Source: Toensbergia leucococca
Taxonomy: Eukaryota
Assembly (NCBI GenBank): GCA_022813965.1
Contig: JALDZS010000188.1
Span: 1-44,642 of the forward strand
Length of the DNA: 44,642 nt
Direction of reading: 5' to 3'
Made by a program: the position numbers and the translations under genes. Below the pieces are notes generated by a model. The model was not told where the DNA came from and did no database searches. It saw only the letters and a program-made list of their open reading frames with translations. Shown piece by piece: positions 1 through 11,381 of this stretch; position 1 is the stretch's first letter; every line of letters begins with the position of its first letter.

Positions 1-11
1 ACATTTCGGAT

Positions 12-1393
12 TCAAAGGAAACACGCACCAGCAGTGACTATGTAGGAAGCAACAGTAAAAGCGGTAGAGACCAGGACTTGTTTATCCGCGCCTTGAAATT
101 CGTGGAAAAATACTCGAATCCAGACAATGACAAAGATAATAGAGGCGAGTGGGGGAATGGCAAGAACGGTGGCCAATATGGTAAGATTGTAAGTTTGCTT
201 GAATTCTAGGGCAGTGTCGTTTGATAAGTGGTGGATTTTGTCGGCAATGGCATGCTTTTCTTCGACGTGACCCGGATTCTTGAAAGACTCGATGAGCCTG
301 CCCTTGTAGCGTCCCAGTTGCAACGATTCTATCCGGCATCCCAACACATATGTATCTATCGTCATCTTCAAGCCGCGTCAGTACCGCCATCTTCAAGGCG
401 AATCACAAATCGCGAGTGTAGATAGCCCACCTCAACAACATCGATTTTTTCCAATTGCTTGGGTAACAACAAAGCTGGGATACCCCGTCCCACAATAATC
501 ATCCGATAAAACATTCGGATGTGTTCGAGGACGACTTTGTCGTTGTGGTCCAACGGTATGGGCAGCTCGAGGTGTTCATCGTCCACATAGATATGAATAG
601 ACAGATGCTGCTTCTGTCGCCATGCTTCTATGTAGTTCTGCCGGAAATCATCCATGTCTGAAGTTAAAAGGTAGATGAACCACCACGTCCTGTGAAGAAA
701 AGTATTGCTTGGACGGCTGAAAAAGGCCCTTGATGCGAGATGCTCCTAAAGACCAACATCAGCTCCCAGAAAAGAAGTAACAAAACCACGGAGGCATACC
801 CAGAGTTTTTGGATCCAGCTCAGGAGGGCCCAAAAAAGTTGACTGTTGGTAGGTAGTGGAAAATTGAAGAGGCTTGTGCGACCGGCCTTGATAAGAGCAT
901 TGCAAACGAAAAAGTTGATCACAACAATGAAGAATCCAAACCAGTTCAGCGTCCAGGAGATGGACAGGTAGATTACCAAGGATCTGACCATTACTCTGAT
1001 AGCCGAAAGCGGCCACGGGCTGAAAAAAACATCCTCAACCGGTAAAGGGGTCGGGAGGCGTCGAAAGGCACTTGAAGAGAATGGAGAAGGCTGTTGATTA
1101 GATGCCGTGGCCGTTGAAGTACCAGGTACAGTTGGTACGGAGTGTGCACTATTGTCTAGGCTGTCTGCGTCTCGATGTACAACTGATGCATGAGGAGTCT
1201 GGTCGGTAGTGACTTCTCTGGATTTGAAAACGAGCCTCATCTTGTCTTTGAAGTGAAGTTGTCCGTCCGGGATGGGTGTATTACCCGTCTCAACTGAGGC
1301 ATCGCCTGTACTTCGCCTTCGCAGGTTCACATTTATCCAATGCCAGAAGCTGTTCGGATCTGTTTCTGATCTTGGAGGCTGCGGCGTGGCCAT
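12..1393 (-). CDS. Hypothetical multi-pass membrane protein, at least 3 exons (1393-800, 745-431, 365-~30), probably continuing off the left edge
   Basis: ORFs 746..1393, 368..655 and 12..371 join in frame across phase-0 introns 799-746 (GTATGC..GCTGAT..TAG) and 430-366 (GTGGGC..CTGAC..AAG). The product has hydrophobic stretches (LVIYLSISWTLNWFGFFIVVINFF; LTILATVLAIPPLASIIFVIVWI). A further GTGCGT donor near 29 suggests the gene runs past base 1. Confidence 0.7.
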
Positions 1394-2696
1394 GCTAAGC
1401 GGCTTTATCTGTTATTCCAGGTCTTCTCGTTGCTAGCTATCTGTAAGGCAGTGGCTAAGTGTACCTACGTGCTGAGGTACTGAGATATCTGATATCTCTG
1501 TACTGCACCTACCTAGGTGCTCGGCAAATGCAGGATACTCGTTCAATCTCATCGCAAACGCGATATCCATGCACTTGTGGCGTTCAGCAGTCGTCTAAAC
1601 CTTCTCTTGATCTGGGTAGGTGCCTAAGCAAGAACTGGAGACAAAAGCACCGAAACATGCGTAACATTCTATTAAATCTCGCAGTCATTCTCTCAACATG
1701 GCTTCCCTCCCACCATCGAGTCTTTGAATATGTAGCGGATCTCTTCCAGAACATATCTAGCCCTGTACAATCCAGTGCATTGTCTAAAAGACCTTTTCTC
1801 TGCAAAGAGGTAATCTAAAAATCGACGTCCATATAATTGGCGGCTCCGGACTCCCTTCATGTCGCAGCTAAGATTTCTTAGAAGCCGAGGGACATATCAA
1901 AGCTAGAAAAGAAGCTCATCAATCCACGCTGACTTGAAAACAGCTTGCAGCAGAAGCTCCGTCTCGACGCCCATGAGCCTCGAAGTGTCTTTGAAGTAGA
2001 ATCTTATCGAAGTGCAGAAGAGGACGGAAATGGCAGTTCCGGTCGTCGTAAGGGTGAATAACAAAACTCTTCATGAAATATGTTTACACTAAATCATCTA
2101 CAATGAGCAATTGATGGACTGAGCAACTCAATCGGACCTGGGCAATCCCCAAGAGCTACATTCAGTCTGTACAGTCAGCTTTACCTGTTCAGCAATACGC
2201 CTACAGTACACCAAACAAGTTCCGTGTTATTGAAATAGGCCATCTACACACCACTCCCACAATCCCGTCAATGAGATTTATCACCCAAGGTAAGCCTTGA
2301 GCCATCCATAACTTTGTAGCATCTGAACGAGAGCTAGGATCTGATTTCTATTCGAAGAAAATGGCTGTTATTCTTTCTGTTTGAAACGTTGTCAGCGTCT
2401 TTGCATTCGAACATCGTGCATCAGAGCTCTACGGTCATAAAGCACGAAGAAAAACGTTTGACGAATAAGCAAAGGTGTGGCCAACCATCAAGCGAGTGCT
2501 GGACAGATTTATAGAAATGATACTGGTATTTATTTTTTCCAGATTTCATTTGATACTTGAAAGTGCTCGTCTCGAGACTTTCCTTGATAGAGTCAAATCT
2601 TTCTTGTTCAGGACCGAAGAAGACTTAGTCTTGAGCGGCGCGAGAAACCTTATAGATTTTGGATTTTAGCATTTTTGAGAGGAAGCAGACTGGGGG

Positions 2697-2704
2697 TATA
2701 TAAA
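2697..2704 (+). promoter_or_regulatory. Candidate TATA box (TATATAAA)
   Basis: Canonical TATA sequence about 70 nt upstream of the ATG at 2769. Confidence 0.45.
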
Positions 2705-2768
2705 GACATTGATCAATCCTTTTGACCATCCAACAACCTATAATCTTATCATCATTTCACGTTCGATC

Positions 2769-3423
2769 ATGTGTCCCCACCTCCCCGACCTCGAACCCTA
2801 CTCCTTAGAGATCACCCACGCACTCAAAGCCATGCGAGGACAAGAAATGGCGATCCAAGCAGAGAGGATGTCCCTTGAGAGGGAGAGGATCAAACTTCAC
2901 AAAGAACGATTGGCGTGGAGGCAAGATCGTTTACGGCAAAGTAATGAGGCCGTGGAAGAGGCTTGGTCTAGGGCTATGGTGGACGAGGATGTGGGGAGTT
3001 GGGAGACACTCTCGGATGAGTTCAACCAAAGTATAGACGAGTGGGACGCTAGTAAAAATGAAGCGGGCAAAGTGCGAGCAGTAGACGCCGAAGATGGCAA
3101 CGCGAAAGCCCGCCATCAGATCGAGGACGATGAATCTGATGTAGTAGAGATGCTTGTCAGGGCCGTTGTCGAGGATGCGGCATTTCAGCAAAGGGTCAGA
3201 GCTCTTATTGATGAGGCTCGCTCTAGAAGCGTCCCGACGCCAAAGGTATATTTTCCTCTTGAGACCCTACATTGCTAACATGAAGCAGCAGAGACCTGAA
3301 GTCTTAAGGTCCGTCAATGCAGAATGTCCATTCGTTTGGCAGGATGTGGTGGCGGCTACATGTACTGTTCTTCGTATCTTGATTTTCATTTTTTTTCTCC
3401 TCGCTGCTTTTAGAATTATATGA
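2769..3423 (+). CDS. Hypothetical coiled-coil protein with a C-terminal hydrophobic tail (2 exons)
   Basis: ATG at 2769 and charged helical sequence (ERMSLERERIKLHKERLAWRQDRLRQ). A phase-0 intron GTATAT(3246)..GCTAAC..AAG/CAG/CAG (3285/3288/3291) joins the frame ending VLRILIFIFFLLAAFRII*. Confidence 0.6.
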
Positions 3424-4704
3424 GTTCATTAGCGTCATCATGTGCGCGAGGGCTGGGTTGAGAATACAACGAGATGAGCTTATTAGAAGGTGTCGTCTTG
3501 AGGGGCGTCGAGAGGCTGGGACTTTGAGGGACTTTATTCACACAAAACGAAGGGAATTACCATGAGGTAACACTGACCTTATGGACAACGACCATTGCGA
3601 TCATTAAGACCAATTCAGGACAGAGGAGGATCTCAGACATGCTGTGATTGCCATGGGCTGAGGCCTGTTGCCTATGGATATCCTGTTCAATTGACACGTT
3701 ACCATACAAGCAATCCAAGGCAGTCCTCAATGATATGTGAATTGTGCGTACGGATACCTTGCTCACCTGTTAGAACATTCATCTGATATCCATTCAGCCA
3801 ACACCTCCGACTACTGAGACACTCAGATACTCAACTCACTCTTGATTGGCTACCAAATACACAGATCATGCATCCTTAGCATCATCTTGAACTCTCAGCA
3901 TCACCTACCTTCGCTCACACCCAATCATACCAGCATCGGACCATGGATTAGCAGCTACAATCCGCCTCAATAGCACGGCCCTTTGCACAAGCCTGACCAT
4001 CGAATCACAAGATCCCCAAAGTCAATCCAATGCACAAGCTCTCAACACCAAAAAAAGATTAAAACTCTTCAAAAGAAGAAGCTTCGAAATGAAAAGTGAA
4101 AATTAAGCTCTACAAAAGCAAAATTTGGGTTGGAGGGAGACAAAATGGCAAAAGTTACCACTCGTCCGGTCAAAAAGACTGCCCGTGAGAAAATTCAAAA
4201 CAGGAGCTATGTCCTCACAAGCAAAGAAACCTCCGATGTGGGCGAGTCTACGAGCTGGAAATGGGGTAATCTTTGATCAAGCGAAGACGCACAAAATCAA
4301 AAAAACAAACAAGCTCGACAACAACAAATATCCGCCACAAAATGCGCCAATCGGTTCACCAAGAGCATGAGGGGCTCTGGAATAGGGTCACTCTAAAGAG
4401 CTCCACCGCATTGAAAGAGAAGGAGGTATGACGGAGAGGGAGAAAGGGGCACTTGGAGTTTAAAGTCCATAAAAGAGCGGAGTTTCTACCTTTCTTCTCT
4501 GCTTCAGTATCAGTTCTATTCTCAATATATATGATAAAGAAACTCCCCTGGGTCTATACATCCTTCAACACATAGATCTTGAATAACTGACTGACTGCCC
4601 GCTGTCGCCATCGTCCCATAGAGTGCTCTAGCCCTCGCGCTCCAAGTTTCAAGCACCCCCACCCCCCCCAAAAAATATCACATACAGGCACATCCATCCC
4701 AACC

Positions 4705-5468
4705 ATGAAGACTTGTCACCTCCTCACCTTCCTCGGCTCGTACGTTCCACACACCCATACCATGCCCTCACACCTCTCTCTTAACAGTAGCACAGCGTTT
4801 TCTCGGTCCTAGCGCACCCCATATTGAACAGCACAACCACGGTCTTCCCAACTCGGCACCTAGGCGCTCTGGAAAAAAAGTTCGTCTATGTCTCCATCGT
4901 CACCACGATCACAACGGTTCAATGCAGCCAGGACGTCCCAGCCGTCGGGACAAGGCACATTGATGCGCGCCAAATGGTGCGATGCGTAAAACCTCCTTAG
5001 CAACATTCTCAAAAGCTAATCAGTTACTAGCCCGCTGCTGTAGCAAGAGCAATGGTGCCCACAGTGACTGTGACGATGCCCCTTGGCACATTGACCTCCA
5101 CCGTGTGCGCCTCAAGCACCCCCTCTACAACCGCCATGACCTACCCTCCCGTTCCCACTACCTCGTCTAGCAGCACCCTCTCCCGCCGGAAATGGTGGGG
5201 CCACGGCAGCACTCCCAAGGGCTTCGACAGACAATGTTGGTTCCTGTTCAAGCCGCTGTGTTGGATGGAATACAAGCTGGTCGCCAGCATGTATCAGTGG
5301 AATGAGATGGGAAAGAAGAAAGGAGAGAAGCACATGACGTTTGAGGAATTCAGGAAGATGATGGATAATGCAGCGGCACCAATGGGGACGGATACTAGGG
5401 GCATTTTTTTCAAGACGTGGCATTATGAGCCGCCTAAGGATGTCAACAACGTGGACGGATTGCATTGA
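4705..5468 (+). CDS. Small secreted protein, about 217 aa, 3 exons (4705-4739, 4796-4976, 5031-5468)
   Basis: Introns GTACGT..TTAAC..CAG and GTGCGA..GCTAAT..TAG give one open frame. It has a signal-like N-terminus (MKTCHLLTFLGSVFSVLA-HP), a Thr/Ser-rich middle and an aromatic, Cys-containing C-terminal part. Confidence 0.65.
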
Positions 5469-5907
5469 ACGGTGAAAGCATAGTAGGGATGGAAGTTGTT
5501 TGGGTGAGAGAGGGAGGTGTTCTGTTTTGGGGTGGAGGGTTGAGGATTTGAGATGGTTGTTTGGAATATTTGTGCGCGGTTTGATGGGATTGTGATGGTT
5601 GGAAATTGGCAGGCCTGGAAAGTTCTTTGTGCATGCAAGTTTAGTCTTGTCCAATTAGACTCGTACACATCTCTCCATTACTGATTAGGCGAACGGATAA
5701 AGGGGCAGATGAAATACGCAGATGGCTTTCTGTGGAGAGACTGACTAACCTTTGATGTATTTGTCTTTCTGGCCGAAACTATCGTAATAAACTCAAATCA
5801 AATGGTTCCTTTCTATCGATCCTGTATCCTGTATCCTGATCGATTTATCATTCTCTACATCCGATCATCATGTCTAGGATATCCGATTGAGCTCGAATAA
5901 TCGGAAT

Positions 5908-7313
5908 TTAAATCCCCCGATTGAATTCTACTTCACCATCTTTGCCTCCTTTATCCCAAAAGACCTCTTCGAGCGATTCCGCTTTGACGGCTTGTCGCTG
6001 CGGAAATGCTGCGAGGGCGAGGGGTAAGGCAAATATCGATGTTGTTAGAATCAGACCTGTACTAGAGTCAGTGACTGCATGAATTGTATCGAAATAAGGC
6101 AATCGTGAAAAATGATATTGTGGGGAAACAGACGTGTCTCTAGAATAGACAGAAAGACAGTATGAAATTGTGAGATGCCTTGTTCGTGTCTCGTAGCTTT
6201 GTCCCATAATGTATCAAACCCTTACCTAGATTCAATGGCAACGTCATCCTCGGCCTTCTTTTCAGCCACTCCGTCTGCTGCAATCGCACCAGCACCAAAG
6301 GTGGCAGTACCATGATAGGCGTTGAGTTCAAGACACGACTCAAGGCCGTCTCACCGACAGCCAGCGTGGCTGCCTTCTTACTCTTTCCAAGACTCTGAGC
6401 CTCGACTCCGTCCTTTTCTTTCTGCTCTTTTTCAGCATCGCTCAAAACAGGATAGATGTCAATTCCTTGTCGAATCTCCTCCCCTCGCATTAAGAAGACA
6501 TTGAGCGCCCCAGCTGAAGCTACGGCTGCGAACGGTACTAGTCTTGTAAGAACTGTCTTTGCACCTGGTGATAGGCGTTTTAGGCGGGGAACAATAGCAT
6601 TGAGACCTAACGCAACAGAGCAAGAAGCTGAGACGGCAAGGAAATAAGATTGAGCTATTTTAGAGGTTGAGAGAGGTGTGGACTTGTTTGCATTGGCGCT
6701 GTTTATGGCAACATTGAGAGATTGATTAGTTATCTGCCAAAGCAGAGTGCCCGTGGTCTACAATGTACTCAGATTTGTCTCAATCACACTCTTGCTACAA
6801 TGGTAAGTACTGACCTGAAGGCCTGGCGTAAGCATACCTGCAGTGACGACTAGATTTGATATCACGAAGCATGACATGCGGAATGGAAGGAAGACTGGTT
6901 CCCCGGTATCTATACGGCATTAATGACGGCCAATACCACTGCAATCGGGATTTAAAAAATACCTGGATGTAAAGTGGAATCGACGACCTTCTTAGCCTGC
7001 CACATCTCTGGTGTCATTGATTTGACATGGCCCTGCTTATATGAAGATATGAGTCTTTTGGCATTCTCGAGACCCGAGGCAGAAACGAAAAGAGTTCTGC
7101 CCGGATGCAATCAGCTTCACATTGTGTACAACAGATCAGAGGCTGAAGCTTTGGCGGCGTATCTACCACAGCAAGACTGTTGATGTGGCTCCGACTCATG
7201 TATCCTCACCTAGGATCTGCAATTTCGGCCGATTGCTTGACGCGTCCCCAGTATGTTGTAAGGTCATATTGAGATATGGGGAGATCACGACTGCCAGGAA
7301 GTGAGGCCGACAT
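5908..7313 (-). CDS. FSF1: Sideroflexin (mitochondrial inner-membrane Mtc/sideroflexin carrier), 5 exons
   Basis: The spliced translation gives the family motifs YDLTTYWGRV..DPR, STLHPDTGEPVFLPFRMS, WQITNQSLNVAINSANAN, VPFAAVASAGALNVFLMRGEE, ETALSRV and the C-terminal FNRGI*. Confidence 0.93.
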
Positions 7314-7581
7314 GACGACTTGCCGATTTGTCGGTCAATCAATCAAGAATCATATTGATCGTTCAAGATCCGGTGCTCCACAAGGCTTACGGTAGACTGC
7401 AACAAATGTCATTGATCTGAAGGCGGTGAAGTGAAATCGCTTACTCCGGCCACAACAGGCGAATATTTACCCACAAACTTTCACTACTTGACTCGCCTAT
7501 TGAAAGTTTCTAGATGTTTTCTACAGAGTATTGGATTGACGCTAATATAGAATAATAATATTAACATAGTTCTTTTATAAT

Positions 7582-7654
7582 GGCCGCGTGGCCTAATGGC
7601 TAAGGCGTTGGTTTTCGGCACCAAAGATTGGGCGTTCGAATCGCCCCGTGGTCG
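7582..7654 (+). tRNA. tRNA-Arg(TCG): tRNA-Arg (anticodon TCG), intronless
   Basis: Full cloverleaf: acceptor GGCCGCG/CGTGGTC, D-arm GCCT/AGGC, anticodon stem TTGGT/ACCAA with loop TT-TCG-GC, T-arm GGGCG-TTCGAAT-CGCCC. Confidence 0.95.
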
Positions 7655-7661
7655 ATTGACG

Positions 7662-7668
7662 TTTTTTT
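7662..7668 (+). terminator. RNA polymerase III oligo(dT) terminator
   Basis: T7 run 7 nt after the tRNA 3' end. Confidence 0.75.
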
Positions 7669-7933
7669 GAGCTTTTGAGATGCCTTTGGTTCCGCAGCAT
7701 TCCGCAATTGTGCTGCCGGATTGCGTGACTGTTGTCATTTTGTGTGGTGGGATTGATTAGGGCTTCTGGGGTAGGTGGGGGACGGTGCTGACACCAGTGG
7801 AAAATGTACAAGCCAACCATCTTGTGGTGTATGAATTTGCACTGGCACCACTAGGAGAAATTCAAGGATTTCTCGTATGTTTATCATGTTTGTTTTTCTA
7901 CTGCACATACTACCCGTTGTATTCCACCACATT

Positions 7934-10693
7934 TTATTGAACAGTAATCCCAGGAACCTCATCCCCCTCATCCAGCCCACAGCCCACACCCCGCCTTCTT
8001 GCTTTAAGTACAGATTGCAAGCATTTCCCCACCGCTTCCAAGTCCCCTAGAAGTCCTACGTGTCCTCTCTCCGTTCTGACTCTCCCTCCTTTGGTCCCAC
8101 AAACTTCATATCCCTCTGGAAGCATCGCCGCCTTCGCGAGGCAAACACCGTCGCCGCTGGCAAAGACCAAGTCATCGTAAGCATCGGCACGTTTGATCCC
8201 GTCACGCCCACTGACTCGAGCGCCTAGAACGGTTGGTACTGAGGTCCCATAGAGAACTGCGACGGGAGGGTAAAGGTTATGAGTGTGATGGGGAGGATAG
8301 AAGGCAAGGGCACGTTTGAAGGCAAGAATGGAGCTAAGGGTGCGCTCGAGGTAGGCTAGGGCTTCAGGGAGGGGAATCGTATTGTGAATTGAGAGAGAGG
8401 GATTGCCGTTGTGAGAAGAGGTCATAGACCGTACGTGATGGGAGTTACCCATTGCCATATTTATAGTGCGATTGTCCGGATGGGTGACGTCGTCGATCTT
8501 GGTGCTTGCAGTGTTTGCAGCTTTGGCCATGGTGTCTTTGGCCTCGCCTGTCTGCTCCTTTCCTATATTGAAAGATGCAGACGATCGCTTCGCTGGAATG
8601 GGCAACGAGGGAAGGCTTGCGGACATAGACTCGAGCAGGCTTTTCTTCTCCCCATGACCCAGAGATGGCATTGTGGGCGCAACCAGAGGAGATAGAGCAT
8701 ACTCCCTCCATGTCTCGACATTGAAGAAATCCACAGGATATTCTTCTTTTGTATGTTTGTCAATGAAACATTTACCGTGCTCGGGAAGTAGAACATAGCT
8801 AGTGCGGAACGTGAAATTGACCTGTGCTGTCAACACCCTCGAACTCAACAGCACCTCGTCTCCATTGCGTAAAGGCCCAAGAATGTTGACACAATGCTGT
8901 GGAACGCCTGCATACACAACTCCAGCAACAAGCTCCGGCCGTTGATTGACCGCGTGTCTTGTAACCAGGCCACCAACGCTATGAGCAATAACTGTAGCTC
9001 CTCTTTCGTACTTGGGCACATTTGTCGCGTTTGACGGTAAAGTCTCCAAGAATTCGATCAATCGCCGGCTTAACAAGTGAGGACTCAGCCTCCAGTCATA
9101 ACCGTAATCGTGGATTCGTAGCTTCCCTTCCTGTGCATTCTTACATGCTCGCAGGCGTTTGAACAACCTTCGAGAGATATCTACAGGGCCTATATGTGTC
9201 AACATTCCTGAAGGAATGATTGTCTCTTTCATGTTTTGTTCATCATCAGGATATAGTCCCACTTCAAGGTTTACCTTGCGAAGGTTAAGTCCCACTTTGA
9301 CGGGCACCCACAATTGACGGTGTGGGGGCTTTGCAGACCGTAATATCGAGCCTCGGTAGCCACCCATGATCACCAAATCCCCAGTAAGCTCCTCAAGTGC
9401 CCCATTGAAATGGTGGTGCGCTGACTTTGGCGACCTTCCAGGTGCGGCAGTCGAACTCGTTGTCGTTGGATTCTGACCGTTCTGCGTCATTGCTCCTACG
9501 TCCCGGTAGAGCATACGGGCATCTACATTTCCAATGTATTGAAGATCACTTGACAAGCTCTTCTTGGTCAAATCTGCCCGGAAAGGGCCAAAATTCATGC
9601 TTGGTAGATTCGGAATACTGGGGAGCTTAATACTAGAATCTTGAAAGCTATCCATTATAGCCTTGAATCTGCTATTAACCTGTTCCTGAACATTTTCCCA
9701 TCTAGTATCGTCACCCAAGGATGATCCTCTCGACACAGCGCTGCGTAGTTTTAAGGACCCATCGGAAGTAGCTCGTCGTAATCTTGAAGGTGATGATTGT
9801 GGAATATGTTTCAATTGAGATGCCAAATCTGTAGACTCCTGTCGCGGTCCCGAAGGCGAAAGACTAGTTTGAAGGTGGATTGAAGGCCTTTGCCTCAAGA
9901 CTTGCCCAGAGGTGCCATTAGTTACTTCACTAGACGTCGAGTCATCCTTTTTTGCCGGTTTCAGAATTGGAAATTGGTCCAGCGGGTCGGAATTGTTTCG
10001 ATGCAATGCTTGGGTGAAGTTCAAACTCGACCTCTTCGAACGAGATACAGTTCTGTCCGAATCCGGGCTGTCTTTGATGCCGCTGAGCATAGATGATAAG
10101 CTGGGAATGGAGAAGTCTTTGAAAATTGAGCCTCTTGGTAGAGATGGAAGATCGAAGCCTGACATGAATCGCTTGATGTTTAGATCTGCAAGCACACCGG
10201 CTGGTCCGGAGGATGCCCTAGGTCTTGGTCTAAGGCTTTCACGATGCGACTTTCGTCCGTCGTCAGTTTCCTGAAACAGCTTGGGCTTTGCCGTCCACGG
10301 AGAGGGGATCTTCGATGTTGCTGAGTCGTTGTTATCCACCTCCGTGTGTCTTGATTCGGGCGTGCGAGTTCCTGCAGCATGCTTATCACTCTCTATATCC
10401 TCGAATGCTTCCTCTCGATGGTGATGATCTGCGGAGCCGTCATACAGCCCATCCCGACGTAGTTCGCCAAAAGCAGCACTTTTCTCGGCAGCAGAGGTGA
10501 GAGGGGACATCAATCTGCTTTGTGCCCTACTAATAGCAACTTCGATGACAGACTGCCCTTCCTCCTCCAGCTGCGAAAAGTCGTGCTGTGATGAATCTTG
10601 ATCAGATCCACCATGATCCGAGTCTACCGAAGGATAAGGATTTATTAGTCTCAGCTCATTGAGCATGTCATGAGGAGCTTCATCGGAAGACAT
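7934..10693 (-). CDS. Alpha/beta-hydrolase (lipase/LCAT-like) with long Ser-rich N-terminus, yeast YJR098C-like
   Basis: Intronless ORF with first ATG at 10693. Motifs MGGYRGSIL, GYDWRLS, nucleophile elbow AHSVGG, GDGV and the late His in HVGLLGD are typical of LCAT/PLA-like hydrolases. Confidence 0.8.
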   Translation of the reverse strand: MSSDEAPHDMLNELRLINPYPSVDSDHGGSDQDSSQHDFSQLEEEGQSVIEVAISRAQSRLMSPLTSAAEKSAAFGELRRDGLYDGSADHHHREEAFEDIESDKHAAGTRTPESRHTEVDNNDSATSKIPSPWTAKPKLFQETDDGRKSHRESLRPRPRASSGPAGVLADLNIKRFMSGFDLPSLPRGSIFKDFSIPSLSSMLSGIKDSPDSDRTVSRSKRSSLNFTQALHRNNSDPLDQFPILKPAKKDDSTSSEVTNGTSGQVLRQRPSIHLQTSLSPSGPRQESTDLASQLKHIPQSSPSRLRRATSDGSLKLRSAVSRGSSLGDDTRWENVQEQVNSRFKAIMDSFQDSSIKLPSIPNLPSMNFGPFRADLTKKSLSSDLQYIGNVDARMLYRDVGAMTQNGQNPTTTSSTAAPGRSPKSAHHHFNGALEELTGDLVIMGGYRGSILRSAKPPHRQLWVPVKVGLNLRKVNLEVGLYPDDEQNMKETIIPSGMLTHIGPVDISRRLFKRLRACKNAQEGKLRIHDYGYDWRLSPHLLSRRLIEFLETLPSNATNVPKYERGATVIAHSVGGLVTRHAVNQRPELVAGVVYAGVPQHCVNILGPLRNGDEVLLSSRVLTAQVNFTFRTSYVLLPEHGKCFIDKHTKEEYPVDFFNVETWREYALSPLVAPTMPSLGHGEKKSLLESMSASLPSLPIPAKRSSASFNIGKEQTGEAKDTMAKAANTASTKIDDVTHPDNRTINMAMGNSHHVRSMTSSHNGNPSLSIHNTIPLPEALAYLERTLSSILAFKRALAFYPPHHTHNLYPPVAVLYGTSVPTVLGARVSGRDGIKRADAYDDLVFASGDGVCLAKAAMLPEGYEVCGTKGGRVRTERGHVGLLGDLEAVGKCLQSVLKARRRGVGCGLDEGDEVPGITVQ

Positions 10694-11381
10694 CGCAGGA
10701 GGAGGAGGAGGAGCAGTCAAGAGCTGAGGGGAAAGCTGTTCAAATGGTATGGAAATTGTTTGGAGGCTGTTTGTGAGGATATGAAACACCACGGCGGCTG
10801 TAGTAATTGAGTTCTATCATGGTGTGTTTAGGAAGGAATTGAAAAAGCAAATAAGGCATGCCCATCTAGTGCTTTCAAAAGTCAGCGGCTGTGACAATAA
10901 GCATGAGATGGGAGATGGAGATTGGGTTGGTATTGTATTTACACAAGCTCTCAGATTTGTGAGTAAATATGGCATTGCCGCACTGTACACTCAACTCGCA
11001 TGATTAAGCAGTGAAGCACAGAAGTACAAGTGTTTCCAAGCCACGGTTGTGTGCATCGTGCAAAGATGACGGATATTATTGAGCGAATCGCATCACAAGG
11101 CACTTCACCTCGGTGCCGAGAAGACACTTAGCTCTGCTCGGTCCACTCTGTACCTTGTTTATTACGGAACTTGGAATGCCGTTGAAATATAAGTAATTGC
11201 CATGGTGCAAGCTGCAACTGGACCCAAGTGCGTGGTGAACCAACGTTATCGCTGATGCTTGTATAAAATTCATATCTTTATGCCAATTATCTAAATAATG
11301 CTGCTGATGCAGGGGTATACTCTCAAAATACAGTTATACATAATACGACTTGTAGAAGAATTGAATCTTCTGCAAGTGTCG

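Noticed and set aside
1459..2065. Plus-strand ORF 1459..1818 and downstream coding-like text
   Set aside because: No splice model gives an open frame and no family is recognisable; it could be a relic but is unsupported.
5235..5270. Alpha-type pheromone (CWFLFKPLCW resembles Cys-loop pheromone peptides)
   Set aside because: Single copy, no GQ-x-C core and no repeated KR-(X-A/P)n-flanked units.
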